Assembly: GCA_002716355.1 (NCBI GenBank) | Contig: PBAU01000002.1 | Location: forward strand, 1 to 32,000 | Source: a bacterium | GTDB taxonomy: Bacteria > UBP7 > UBA6624 | Reading direction: 5' to 3' | DNA: 32,000 nt | Shown: in pieces, positions 14,750 to 24,246 of the stretch | How the letters are laid out: every line of letters starts with the position of its first letter | Numbering within the stretch: the stretch's first letter is position 1 | Made by a program: the position numbers and the translations under genes | Notes under the pieces: model-generated | What the model was told of the DNA's origin: nothing | Database searches by the model: none | What the model saw: only the letters and a program-made list of their open reading frames with translations

Positions 14750-17118
14750 TGAATTTGGTTATTGTTGAATCAGGCGCAAAGGGAAAGACCATCCAAAATT
14801 ACCTTGGTAAAAATTTTATTGTTGAATCATGTCAGGGTCATTTTGATGACATCAAAAATATCAAATATGGACCCGCTGGAATTCCAAATTTAGGTTGGAG
14901 CTATATAGATAAAAAATCGCAAACCCTAATCAAGAAAATAGAAAAAATCATCAGGTCTAAAAAAATAAAAAAAATTTATGCTGCTTCAGACCCTGATAGA
15001 GAGGGTGAACTGATAGCCGAAAGATTAGAAGAAAGATTGTCAAAGCATGCCCCGGTTGTCAGGATGACATTTCAAGAAATAACAAAAAAAGCAGTTATCG
15101 AGAGCTTGGAAAGGGCTGATTCACAAGGTACTATAGACAGGAACCTTACCACAAGTGCAAAAATCAGAAAGCTGGCAGATAGAGATGTTGGATTCAGGGC
15201 ATCAAGAATGGCGCAATTTCAACTTAACAAAAAAACATTGGGGATGGGTAGGGTCCAAACACCTACTCTAGGTTTTGCAGCCAGTAGAGAAAAAGAAATA
15301 TGTAAACATAAACCTGAAGATTATTTTGAATTTCGCATTGAAGCAAATAACTTGACATTTAAAGCGGTTTTTGAAAAACCCTACAAAAAAAACAAACACC
15401 AAACCAAAAGCTTAAAGGAATTGCAACATATTGAAAAGTTAATTGAAAACAAAACACCCTTGATAATAAAATCAGAGAGTGAAAAAGGTGGTCAATCTTC
15501 TCCGCCTGCACCTTTTTCAACTGATTCATTCATACAGGCAGCTGGCGGCCAGGGAATACCGCCAGCTGCAGCTCAGAGCGCTGCTCAAAAGTTATATCAA
15601 AATGGATTCATTACCTATATGAGAACTGACTCCAATCGAATAAATCCGGCATTTCGATCACAAGCAAGATCCTTTATTGAAAGCAATTTTTCAACTCAAT
15701 ATCTTTCTTCGGCCAAAGCGGTAAAGAAAACCAAGGGGAAGGTTCAAGATGCACATGAGGCAATTAGACCTACAGGAACAATTCGAAATCCAAAAAATCT
15801 CCCAGAGGGAACAAAAAGAGTTTATCAGATTATTTGGAATCGAACTATTGCAAGCGAGATGGCTGCCTCAAAACATAAAACTACAACATGGCAGGCATCA
15901 CTGGGAAATGTGCAGTTTGTTGCAAGTCAAAAATACATTACCTTTCCTGGCTATCAGCATATATATGGAAAAAATGTAGAAGAAAAATCAAAAATCAAAA
16001 TTAATCAAGACTTGCCTCGCTTCAAACATTATAAAGATTCAAAAAAAACAAAACCACCTGCAAGATATAAAGAGTATACCCTTATTCAAAAAATGAAAAA
16101 TACAGGGATAGGGAGGCCTTCAACATATGTTAGCACCATCCAAACGCTTACAAAACACGGTTATTTAGAAAAGAAAAAGGGTGAATTAAAGATAACCCCT
16201 CTTGGTATTGATTTACACGGTATTGCGACCATAATTGGACATTATCCAGGTGGATTGTTTAATGAAGGTTTTACAGCTGATTTTGAACAATTTCTTGACC
16301 ATGTTGAATCTGGGAGGCAGAAAGATCCATGGGATGCCTTTGGATCTTTTCGAAATAGTGCTGATGGTATTTTCAAACTCGCTTATACAAAACCAACGGT
16401 CAAGCAAACAGCTTATGTTGTAAACCTTCTTGACACTTGGCGGGAAAAAAATAACCTTGACTCATGCGTAAAAACCTGCAAACAAGCCAAAATAGAAGAA
16501 GAAAACGTAAATCAAGCATGGTCTATTGCCCAAAGCAAAGACTACCCTGAATCAAAAGGTATATGCAAAAAAATACTGCTGTGGGATATTGCTGTACTGT
16601 TGTTTGGAGGCTTCATGCACATAAGAAAAGATGACATCAAACCTCTTTTTGATCAAGAAACAGATCAAAAAATGACCGAAAAGCAACAAAACTTTATACG
16701 TAAATTAATCGATCAGAAAATCGGTGGAAGCGACCTGTTGAAAAGCGCGTTCAAAGAGGTTGGGGTTAAAAATATTGCTGATCTTCCAAGAAATAACCCG
16801 ATAATTAAAAACCTAATGGCTCTCAAGAATGACCCTGGAAAAGAACCGAAAATAACAACCAAACAAGAGAAAACTATTTCGAATCTATCATGCGGGACAG
16901 CAAAAAACCCTGACCCATGCGGTGTAAAGGCAAAATGGGTTCAACTATCTTCTGACCAGCTAAAAGAACATGTAACAAAAGATATTTTGGGTGTAAATAA
17001 ACCAACAAGCAGCTTGACACTGGGGGAAGCATCTAAAATTATTGGGTGCTTGATGACAAACCTTAAGAGAAAAAGGAAAAAGAAAGATTGGAAATTTGAT
17101 AGCGGTATATGCAAGTAA
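14749..17118 (+). CDS. topA: Type IA DNA topoisomerase (compact TopA-like core) with an atypical C-terminal domain lacking Zn-ribbons
   Basis: Toprim motifs LVIVESGAKGKTI and ASDPDREGE. Active-site Tyr motif GFITYMRTDS, plus DAHEAIRPT, GIGRPSTYVSTIQTL and GRVQTPTL. The C-terminal ~245 aa (nt 16381-17118) has no CxxC...CxxC Zn-ribbon repeats. Confidence 0.9.
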   Translation: MNLVIVESGAKGKTIQNYLGKNFIVESCQGHFDDIKNIKYGPAGIPNLGWSYIDKKSQTLIKKIEKIIRSKKIKKIYAASDPDREGELIAERLEERLSKHAPVVRMTFQEITKKAVIESLERADSQGTIDRNLTTSAKIRKLADRDVGFRASRMAQFQLNKKTLGMGRVQTPTLGFAASREKEICKHKPEDYFEFRIEANNLTFKAVFEKPYKKNKHQTKSLKELQHIEKLIENKTPLIIKSESEKGGQSSPPAPFSTDSFIQAAGGQGIPPAAAQSAAQKLYQNGFITYMRTDSNRINPAFRSQARSFIESNFSTQYLSSAKAVKKTKGKVQDAHEAIRPTGTIRNPKNLPEGTKRVYQIIWNRTIASEMAASKHKTTTWQASLGNVQFVASQKYITFPGYQHIYGKNVEEKSKIKINQDLPRFKHYKDSKKTKPPARYKEYTLIQKMKNTGIGRPSTYVSTIQTLTKHGYLEKKKGELKITPLGIDLHGIATIIGHYPGGLFNEGFTADFEQFLDHVESGRQKDPWDAFGSFRNSADGIFKLAYTKPTVKQTAYVVNLLDTWREKNNLDSCVKTCKQAKIEEENVNQAWSIAQSKDYPESKGICKKILLWDIAVLLFGGFMHIRKDDIKPLFDQETDQKMTEKQQNFIRKLIDQKIGGSDLLKSAFKEVGVKNIADLPRNNPIIKNLMALKNDPGKEPKITTKQEKTISNLSCGTAKNPDPCGVKAKWVQLSSDQLKEHVTKDILGVNKPTSSLTLGEASKIIGCLMTNLKRKRKKKDWKFDSGICK

Positions 17119-17723
17119 ACAAGACATCAAAAGTTGAGTATTTAAAACTTATTACCATTTTTTTCATCTCTTGGGGTATTGTTGAACTAAACCTTCCATT
17201 TTGGTTAGGTTTTTTACTTTTTTTCTATATTTTCAAAATCAATATTCCTTCAATGTCACTAGCCTGGGTCGCTGTATTTATGTTCTTAAGATCTTTGCAG
17301 ATCGCAACACAGGGAATATTTACCGAGACACCTCTCATACACACTCATATGTACATTGCATTGGGCTTGCTTTGCTTGTATCTAGATGCAAGCATTAAAA
17401 AAGAACAAAAAAATCAATGGGGAGGGTTGTTAAAATCCCTATTGGGTATCCTGGTTGCAACATTCTTATTGGCTTACATAATGAGTGATACATCGATTAT
17501 GGGCTTTCTGGTCGCGCTTCCAATAGCGAGCATTTTTATTTCTAAGGGTTGGAGAAGTTATCTTTGTTGCTCAGCCTTTATGATCTATATAAAAACAAAC
17601 TATATTACAGCAATGCTGCCTGCCGATGAACGAATTTTATGGCTTGTTTTGGTGAGCTGTTTAACTTGGGGTTTATCAGAATTAATTTCACAAATAAACT
17701 TTAAAAAAGCAACGCATCCATAA
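17109..17723 (+). CDS. Hypothetical polytopic membrane protein
   Basis: 204 aa with about 5-6 hydrophobic segments and no recognisable family. It overlaps the topA stop by 10 nt. Confidence 0.5.
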   Translation: MQVNKTSKVEYLKLITIFFISWGIVELNLPFWLGFLLFFYIFKINIPSMSLAWVAVFMFLRSLQIATQGIFTETPLIHTHMYIALGLLCLYLDASIKKEQKNQWGGLLKSLLGILVATFLLAYIMSDTSIMGFLVALPIASIFISKGWRSYLCCSAFMIYIKTNYITAMLPADERILWLVLVSCLTWGLSELISQINFKKATHP

Positions 17724-18967
17724 TGTTTATTGCTCTTTCGTTTTTGCTACTTTTGGGACAGGGGCTGGGGTTTCAAAACAGCTGGCAGGACCCAACACCA
17801 GGTGATTTTGAATTACCGGTTTTTACAACATTTGATTACAAATGGCAAGATTATCAACAGTCAGATCTTGAACAAGAATCAATAATCTATATTTTTCATC
17901 CACTGGACAATACTGCTGCAAGAGTTAGAGAACGCAATTTGAAAGAGCTAAATGCGATTAACAATATTCTTCCGGTTTTTGCTATAACTCAAGAAGGGAA
18001 CTGGGGTAGTAATAGAGAAATTGAAAAACGTATTAAACCCCAATATCCTGTATTGTTTTCACAACCTGATTTAAAACTTGAAACATGGGTTAAAACATGG
18101 AAAAAAAGTATCCCGGCAGCTCTATTGGTTCAAAACGGTAAAATTGTCGCACATGGCGAACCGTTTGCTATGCTGATGTTAGTACTTGATTTAAAAAACA
18201 ACATTGAGATACCGACATTTGCTAATTCTGGCTTATTGGGCTTTTGGTCACAGTCCCCATTTTCAACAAGTAAATCTGACCAGGCCGAAGCAGGCACGAA
18301 TATTGCTGATTGGATGCAGTGGAAAGAGCTTAACTCAAAAGAGGCTTCTTCGGCAAATGTAAAAGAAGAAGGCATCTTGATGCTCAAATGGAGCTCTACG
18401 GTTGAAAAGGATGCTAAAAAAAACCTTATTGCAGGCTGGCTTAACCGCGTCATTAAAACAAAACCGCCCGAGGGTCAAACGATTGACTCGTGGCTTTTGG
18501 AGCCACTGGCTGAAGTTCAAAACATAAAAATGCTCAACCATAATTCTTATGGTTGGATTAATTTTTTAAATCAAAATTTTGAACAAGCTTCTGTTTTTTT
18601 TGAAGAAGAAGCTATGCTTCAAGAGGGGTTCATGGCGTCGATTTCAAAGGTGAACAGCCTATTAAGCAAAAGCTTAAATCCGGATTTAGAAAACCCAGAT
18701 AAAATTTTGCCTGCTTACTTTCAGGCAATATTTGAAGAAGCTCCTGCCTCTATACGAGCACCACTATTTGGATATTTGAATTCCATGGTGGAAAAACAAT
18801 CCCAATGGTGGCCTGGCTCACAACCCCCATTGCAGTGGTTCTTTTTACAAGGTGTGGGAGCATATTTTGGAGAAGATCAGGAAAGTGCCAATATGCATTT
18901 TGAAAAAATCAAACAAAATCCAGATTGGATGAATATATTAGAACAATGGGGAATCAATGATCTTTAA
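17723..18967 (+). CDS. Hypothetical secreted protein
   Basis: N-terminal signal-like MFIALSFLLLLGQGLGFQ. 414 aa with no catalytic motif recognised. The C-terminal half looks helical-repeat-like. Confidence 0.5.
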   Translation: MFIALSFLLLLGQGLGFQNSWQDPTPGDFELPVFTTFDYKWQDYQQSDLEQESIIYIFHPLDNTAARVRERNLKELNAINNILPVFAITQEGNWGSNREIEKRIKPQYPVLFSQPDLKLETWVKTWKKSIPAALLVQNGKIVAHGEPFAMLMLVLDLKNNIEIPTFANSGLLGFWSQSPFSTSKSDQAEAGTNIADWMQWKELNSKEASSANVKEEGILMLKWSSTVEKDAKKNLIAGWLNRVIKTKPPEGQTIDSWLLEPLAEVQNIKMLNHNSYGWINFLNQNFEQASVFFEEEAMLQEGFMASISKVNSLLSKSLNPDLENPDKILPAYFQAIFEEAPASIRAPLFGYLNSMVEKQSQWWPGSQPPLQWFFLQGVGAYFGEDQESANMHFEKIKQNPDWMNILEQWGINDL

Positions 18968-19391
18968 ATTGATTTTTACCGCATGTCTTCTGTGGTTAGT
19001 TTTATCTGTTGGAAAAATCAATATCCTTAAAGAGGAGATTGCACAGGCAAAACAAAATACAAAAAAATTGAAAGAGGAAATGGTAAGCGTCCTGGGTGAC
19101 ATCGCTGCACTTAAGAATCAAGATCTGGGTTATGAGGATGGGGGCAGATTGGCTCTAAACTCCTTGATGCTGATTGCAAAAAAGCCAATTAATGAACAGG
19201 AAAAACTTATTTATGAATTTTTAGGCGAAAATTTAAACGAACACTATAAAATTTTAATAAAGGAACAAATAGAACTATCTCAAAAAATTACAGCTACAAA
19301 AAAAATGGAGTCTATGCTAATTAAAAGGTTAAAAAAAATAAATTCATCATTTTGGCTTGACCCACTGAATGCGGGTAAAAAATGGAGCTAG
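18957..19391 (+). CDS. Membrane-anchored coiled-coil protein, possibly FtsB/DivIC-like
   Basis: N-terminal TM helix LIFTACLLWLVLSV, then the heptad-like KEEIAQAKQNTKKLKEEMVSVLGDIAALKN and YEDGGRLALNSLMLIAKKP. This loosely parallels E. coli FtsB (...[30 protein letters not shown]). Weak evidence. Confidence 0.35.
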   Translation: MIFKLIFTACLLWLVLSVGKINILKEEIAQAKQNTKKLKEEMVSVLGDIAALKNQDLGYEDGGRLALNSLMLIAKKPINEQEKLIYEFLGENLNEHYKILIKEQIELSQKITATKKMESMLIKRLKKINSSFWLDPLNAGKKWS

Positions 19392-20476
19392 ACATTCTTG
19401 TAGAACTGTTTGGATTAATAAAAAATCTGTATAAGCGGGTTTTAAAAACCGTGAATGAAGAAGCTCTTATTGGGGAAATCAACACCATCCAGGAAAAGTT
19501 ATCCCGAGAAGAATATTGGAGCGACTCCAAAAAATCAATACCTCTGCAGAAAAACCTTTCTGTTTTACAAAAAAAACAAGAAGTTCTAATAAATTTAAAA
19601 TCAGAATTTACTGACGTCTCTGACAATTGCGAATTGCTATCACTCGAGCCTGACCAAAAAATGCTTGAAATTGCAATTGAATCAGCAAAAGAGCTTCAAG
19701 AAAAACTAGAGAAGCTGGAAATTGAATTCTTGTTTCAAAAACCAGAAGACAAGAATGATTGCATTTTGACGATTAACGCAGGTGCTGGTGGCGTGGATGC
19801 GCAGGATTGGGCCAATATGCTTTTGAGAATGTACACAAGATGGTCTGAAATTATGGGCTTCAAAACAAAACAAATCTCAAAAACAGCCGGGACCGAAGCA
19901 GGGATACTCTCATCAACAATTGTGATCCAGGGACTTTGGGCCTCAGGCTGGTTGAGTGCTGAGGCTGGAGTGCACCGCTTGGTTAGATTATCTCCTTTTG
20001 ATTCTGCAAAACGTAGACATACATCATTTGCCAATATTGAAATAACACCTAAGATTGAAGAATCCCAAGATTCTGATCTTGACATGAAGGAGATAGATGT
20101 GTCTTTTTTCAAAAGTGGAGGCCCAGGGGGGCAACACGCAAACAAGACATCATCAGCAGTTAGGGCCATCCATAAACCTTCAGGAATAGTTGTTACGTGT
20201 TCGAATGAGAGAAGTCAACATCAAAATAAATCTATTGCCCTGGCTATTTTGAAAAGCAGATTAATCCAGTTAAGAAAAAACGAGGAGCTGGGACGTAGGT
20301 CAAAAAGCCAAAAAGTAGAAATAGCTTGGGGCAATCAGATTCGATCTTACGTTTTGCACCCTTACCAAATGGTTAAAGATACTCGAACCGGTTCAGAGTC
20401 AGGCAATGTGCAAAAAATACTAGATGGTGAATTAATTGGAATGATGAGGGATTTCCTTTTACAGGCCAATGCTTAA
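19382..20476 (+). CDS. prfB: Peptide chain release factor 2, encoded in a single frame
   Basis: SPF tripeptide (RLVRLSPFDS), GGQ motif (SGGPGGQHANKTSSAVR) and NERSQHQNK. The full-length 364 aa are collinear with E. coli RF2 from the N-terminus, with no internal stop. Confidence 0.95.
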   Translation: MELDILVELFGLIKNLYKRVLKTVNEEALIGEINTIQEKLSREEYWSDSKKSIPLQKNLSVLQKKQEVLINLKSEFTDVSDNCELLSLEPDQKMLEIAIESAKELQEKLEKLEIEFLFQKPEDKNDCILTINAGAGGVDAQDWANMLLRMYTRWSEIMGFKTKQISKTAGTEAGILSSTIVIQGLWASGWLSAEAGVHRLVRLSPFDSAKRRHTSFANIEITPKIEESQDSDLDMKEIDVSFFKSGGPGGQHANKTSSAVRAIHKPSGIVVTCSNERSQHQNKSIALAILKSRLIQLRKNEELGRRSKSQKVEIAWGNQIRSYVLHPYQMVKDTRTGSESGNVQKILDGELIGMMRDFLLQANA

Positions 20477-21077
20477 AAAAATACCATTAATTATCTATCT
20501 TATTTGCTGCAATGTCTGGTTTGCAAAAGCCTTAAACTGCCCACAAAACAAATTAACAGAAAATGCATTTGCTGACTCAGTGTATCAATCTTTTTATGAG
20601 GCTGAAGAAAAAACTGATATTATTTTTGCTCTAAATGATGAAGGGGTTGAGGATATAAACTTTTTTAAAAAATCCTTCCGAGCAAAAATACTGCTACAAA
20701 AAATCAAAGAAGAGGATTTTTTAAAATCATCTGTAATTAGTGGTGCTATTTTTATGCAAAATGCTCTTGGCTCAACAGACATACATATAATCGGAACGAC
20801 GGAGATGGGTGCCATTGCATCATTTTCACCAAGCCCAAATCAAATAATTACAATTAGTTTTAGTGAAAAATTTCAAACAGCCTTTTTTCCTAAGAAAAAC
20901 TTCTCTGATCCGGTGATTGAAAACCTTCAAGGATCAAAGGTTGTTGAAAAATTTCCACAGTTGCTTAACAAGGAAATGCTTTTAAGCAACATCGAGCTCA
21001 AGGAAAAAATGGCAACAGAGATTGTTAAAAGATCCGCTGAAGCAATGTGTTTTAGGTACCAGGGGGCTCCAGGATGA
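20469..21077 (+). CDS. Hypothetical secreted protein
   Basis: Signal-like N-terminus MLKKIPLIIYLICCNVWFAKA. 202 aa with no recognised family. Confidence 0.45.
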   Translation: MLKKIPLIIYLICCNVWFAKALNCPQNKLTENAFADSVYQSFYEAEEKTDIIFALNDEGVEDINFFKKSFRAKILLQKIKEEDFLKSSVISGAIFMQNALGSTDIHIIGTTEMGAIASFSPSPNQIITISFSEKFQTAFFPKKNFSDPVIENLQGSKVVEKFPQLLNKEMLLSNIELKEKMATEIVKRSAEAMCFRYQGAPG

Positions 21078-21865
21078 TCATCCTGACCAATGATGATGGT
21101 GCTCACTCTCCTGCACTAACAACAACATTAGATGCTTTGTCTGATAAAAAAATTCTACCGGTGGTGCCGTCTCGAGATGTTTCGGGTTGTTCAATGTGCA
21201 TCACGATAGATCGACCAATCAGTGTAGAAAAAATAATGATTAACAAGCATGAAGTTTTTGCCTGTGATGGAAAGACTGCAGACTGTGTTTTGCTTGCAAA
21301 AACAATAGCCAAAGAACCCATTTCTGCCTTGATTAGTGGTATTAACACTGGGCCAAACCTAGGTGTTGACGTGTTGTATTCTGGAACGATAGCGGGAGCT
21401 AGGAAAGGGACGCTCCTAAATATACCATCTGTTGCTATTTCTATTGAAAAAAACTACAAGAAACAAGAAAAAATGCATTATGAATCAGCTGGTTTAATAC
21501 TCAGGCTAATTAAAGATTTAATCATTAACAACCCGCCTCCAAAAAGACATTTTGTAAATGTGAACATCCCTAACCAGCCAATAAAAAAGATTCGTGGGGC
21601 TTTAAGCACGATTTTGGGGAGAAGGGGATATGTTGACAGGATGAAAAAAATAAATAATAAAACTGGAAAAATGAGTTTTATCTGTGAAGATGAAGAGGTT
21701 CGTGAGGATTTCACGCCACAAACAGATTCATGGGCAATAAGTGAAAAATTTATTTCCTTAACGCTGTTAAAAGATATGATTAATGATTCTGTTAGTAATT
21801 GGAGTTTGGACCCATGGATCCAAGCCATAAATACTTTCTTGGAGGGAAGAGATGAAAAAATATGA
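21074..21865 (+). CDS. surE: 5'/3'-nucleotidase SurE
   Basis: MIILTNDDGAHSP and SGINTGPNLGVDVLYSGTIAGARKG are SurE signatures. Confidence 0.9.
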   Translation: MIILTNDDGAHSPALTTTLDALSDKKILPVVPSRDVSGCSMCITIDRPISVEKIMINKHEVFACDGKTADCVLLAKTIAKEPISALISGINTGPNLGVDVLYSGTIAGARKGTLLNIPSVAISIEKNYKKQEKMHYESAGLILRLIKDLIINNPPPKRHFVNVNIPNQPIKKIRGALSTILGRRGYVDRMKKINNKTGKMSFICEDEEVREDFTPQTDSWAISEKFISLTLLKDMINDSVSNWSLDPWIQAINTFLEGRDEKI

Positions 21866-22043
21866 ATTACAAACTTTTCAATTAGTAGTTGGTTTATTTG
21901 TAGTGTTTTTTGTTGTCAGAGCAATTTCTGCAGGCATCAGTGGGACAAGGGGTCCTGATATCCCCGTAAAGCAAATTTCCCATGACGATCACGGACATGA
22001 CGATCACGGACATGACGATCACGGACATAGCGAGGGTCATTAA
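21852..22043 (+). CDS. Small membrane protein with a C-terminal His/Asp-rich tandem repeat (HDDHG)x3
   Basis: 63 aa. TM helix FQLVVGLFVVFFVVRAISAGI, then ...SHDDHGHDDHGHDDHGHSEGH. The start overlaps the surE end by 14 nt and the stop lies 3 nt before the next gene. Confidence 0.5.
   Translation: MKKYELQTFQLVVGLFVVFFVVRAISAGISGTRGPDIPVKQISHDDHGHDDHGHDDHGHSEGH
21981..22025. repeat. Perfect 15-bp tandem repeat (CATGACGATCACGGA x3) encoding HDDHG x3
   Basis: Read directly: 21981-21995, 21996-22010 and 22011-22025 are identical. Confidence 0.95.
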
Positions 22044-22046
22044 TTT

Positions 22047-22895
22047 TTGTTTGAATATGTAATTTGCGGGCTGGGCTCAATGGGTATCGCTATTGCTGAA
22101 ATTTTAAAAAGTAAAAAAATTCCATTCAAGGTTTTAAGAACCAAAAACAATATAAGCAAAATTGCAGAACTTGGTTATGACGATATAGCTACAGAATGCT
22201 TGGATGCCTCAAAACCTCTTGTTCTCTTTTTATGCTATCCCGACCTTGTAACAACAAGCAAAAAATGGATAGCGTCGTTAAACTCAAATAAAGTTTTTTT
22301 TGTATGCTTAACAGGTTGGCCAATCATTAATAGAAAGTGGCCAAGCAAAAGTAACGTTATCATGTATGCTCCAAAAGCAATTGCGTCAAAGTTAAAGCCG
22401 AAAAAATGCCTAATTGCCTTGAACGTGCACCAAGAAACAAATGAAGAAGCTCAGTTATTGATTAAATTAAATAAAATTTTTGAACCAAAACAAACAATAG
22501 CAGTTAGCCCTTTGGAGGAAACAAAATCGGACCTTTTAAGCGAACAGGTTTTACTTTGCGGATGGGCCCCATTGATAGCTTTATTGACTTATAAAAAACT
22601 TATAAAATCTGGAATATCAAAAGAACTTGCATGGGAGGAGTGCACCAGAGAGGCAAGTTACATTTTTGAAACTCTGGCCAATCTTGGTCCAGATGGATTT
22701 TCTAAAAAAATTAGCTCTTTGGCATTGCGAGGTGGATACAAGGCTATGAAAAAATTCCCCATACGCGAATGGGACAGAATGATTGATAAAATGTATTCCG
22801 AAATTGATAATGGAAATATTTTCAAATCAACGAACACAAGCCTTCCGTCCGAATCGGAAGCTCAAAAATTTTGGGAGGAATTAAACAATGAATGA
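22047..22895 (+). CDS. Divergent, short ketol-acid reductoisomerase-like oxidoreductase
   Basis: TTG start. Rossmann motif ICGLGSMG. VIMYAPKAIAS matches KARI MIAPKAPGH. ETKSDLLSEQVLLCGWAPLIALLTYKKLIKSGISKELAWEECTRE matches KARI ETDLFGEQAVLCGG...LVEAGY.PEMAYFECLHE, keeping the acidic metal-ligand positions. It is 282 aa against about 330 or more for class I KARI. Confidence 0.55.
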   Translation: MFEYVICGLGSMGIAIAEILKSKKIPFKVLRTKNNISKIAELGYDDIATECLDASKPLVLFLCYPDLVTTSKKWIASLNSNKVFFVCLTGWPIINRKWPSKSNVIMYAPKAIASKLKPKKCLIALNVHQETNEEAQLLIKLNKIFEPKQTIAVSPLEETKSDLLSEQVLLCGWAPLIALLTYKKLIKSGISKELAWEECTREASYIFETLANLGPDGFSKKISSLALRGGYKAMKKFPIREWDRMIDKMYSEIDNGNIFKSTNTSLPSESEAQKFWEELNNE

Positions 22896-24246
22896 TCTTT
22901 ACATTGATCCAAAAAAATATACCAATAAAAATAGTTTTCCAAATCCAAAAACAATAAAAGTCTACGACACAACCTTGCGTGATGGTGAACAAACCCCTGG
23001 TGTGGCATATTCTCCAGAACAAAAATACGAAGTGACAAAAATGCTTTCTGATACAGGTGTGCATATTATTGATATAGGCTTTCCGTTTGTGGCCCCATCA
23101 GAACGTCAAGCGTTACAAAAAATTATTGCTGGCAAAAGAAATGGCGAGATAAGAAAAGACCTCGAAATCTTGGTGATGTGCAGGGCAAATAAAAATGATG
23201 TTGATGCAACATTAAAAACATTAGAAAAAGTAGGTGCAGAGCCATCAGAAATAACTTTTTTGACCTTCACTTCTGCAAGTGATCTTCACATTAAAGTCAA
23301 GCTTGGACCAACTCTACTTAAAAGAGAGGGTAAAACCAGGTTCATTGAAGATGTGCAATGGTACAGGGAAGCTAATTGTAAAATGATGGAAGAAATTTGC
23401 TCTTATATTAAGTCCCATGGTGTAAAAAAAATAGAACTTGGTACAGAAGATGCAAGCAGATCAGATATCTCTTATTTAAAGGAGCTGATAGATCGCTCTG
23501 TCTCCAAAGGTGCAAACAGATACATATTTCCGGACACGACCGGATCACTAACACCCGAGTCAACAAGGTACTATGCTAGGGAGTTGAGAAAGGCGTTTCC
23601 TAAGCTTGCAATGGTGAGTCATTTCCATAACGACTTCGATCTAGCAGCAATTAACACTATAGTGGCACTGCAAGAAGGTATGGAGGGTTTTAGTGTTTCC
23701 GTCAATGGAATAGGTGAAAGAGCCGGTAATGCAGCATTACACAATGTGGCTGTAACATTAAAAGTGTTATACGGGATTCAAATCCCAAATTTCCGTTATG
23801 ACAAATTGAAGGAGCTTTCTGAATTGGTTGAATCTTATTCAGGAATGCCAATTAGACCTAATGAACCAGCTGTAGGTAGGAATGTTTTTGCTCACGAATC
23901 CGGAATCCACACACATGGCATGCTTAAAGATCCTCAAACATATGAACCTATACCGCATGATTTACTTGGTGTTAAAACAAGGTTTGTCTACGGCAAACAC
24001 ACGGGTATGGCTTTGGTTGAAGACTTGTTCAAGAAGTATGCAAAAGATATATCAGATAAAAATATTGAAGTTACCAAAAGGTTAAAAACCAACGTACTTC
24101 AAAAAATAAAAGAAAAACGTGAAAAAATGGCAGAAAGAGAGGTTGCGTCTAAAGCCATAAATAAATATAGAAAAATACTAACTGAAATTGAACTTGATGA
24201 AAATGAAGTTTTAGAAATAATATACTCCTTAGGAGATGGAAAATGA
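22888..24246 (+). CDS. 2-isopropylmalate / homocitrate / citramalate synthase family enzyme (HMGL-like domain), short form without a LeuA-type regulatory domain
   Basis: VYDTTLRDGEQTPGV, HFHNDFDLAAINTIVALQEG, NGIGERAGNAAL and AHESGIHTHGMLKDPQTYEP motifs. The 452-aa protein ends in a short charged tail. Confidence 0.8.
   Translation: MNDLYIDPKKYTNKNSFPNPKTIKVYDTTLRDGEQTPGVAYSPEQKYEVTKMLSDTGVHIIDIGFPFVAPSERQALQKIIAGKRNGEIRKDLEILVMCRANKNDVDATLKTLEKVGAEPSEITFLTFTSASDLHIKVKLGPTLLKREGKTRFIEDVQWYREANCKMMEEICSYIKSHGVKKIELGTEDASRSDISYLKELIDRSVSKGANRYIFPDTTGSLTPESTRYYARELRKAFPKLAMVSHFHNDFDLAAINTIVALQEGMEGFSVSVNGIGERAGNAALHNVAVTLKVLYGIQIPNFRYDKLKELSELVESYSGMPIRPNEPAVGRNVFAHESGIHTHGMLKDPQTYEPIPHDLLGVKTRFVYGKHTGMALVEDLFKKYAKDISDKNIEVTKRLKTNVLQKIKEKREKMAEREVASKAINKYRKILTEIELDENEVLEIIYSLGDGK

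Noticed and set aside
14351-17118. The mazG plus type IA topoisomerase pair as a phage-defence or mobile-element module
   Set aside because: Both have housekeeping-type sequences, sit within a long co-directional core-gene array, and have no flanking mobility or defence genes. Adjacency alone is insufficient evidence.
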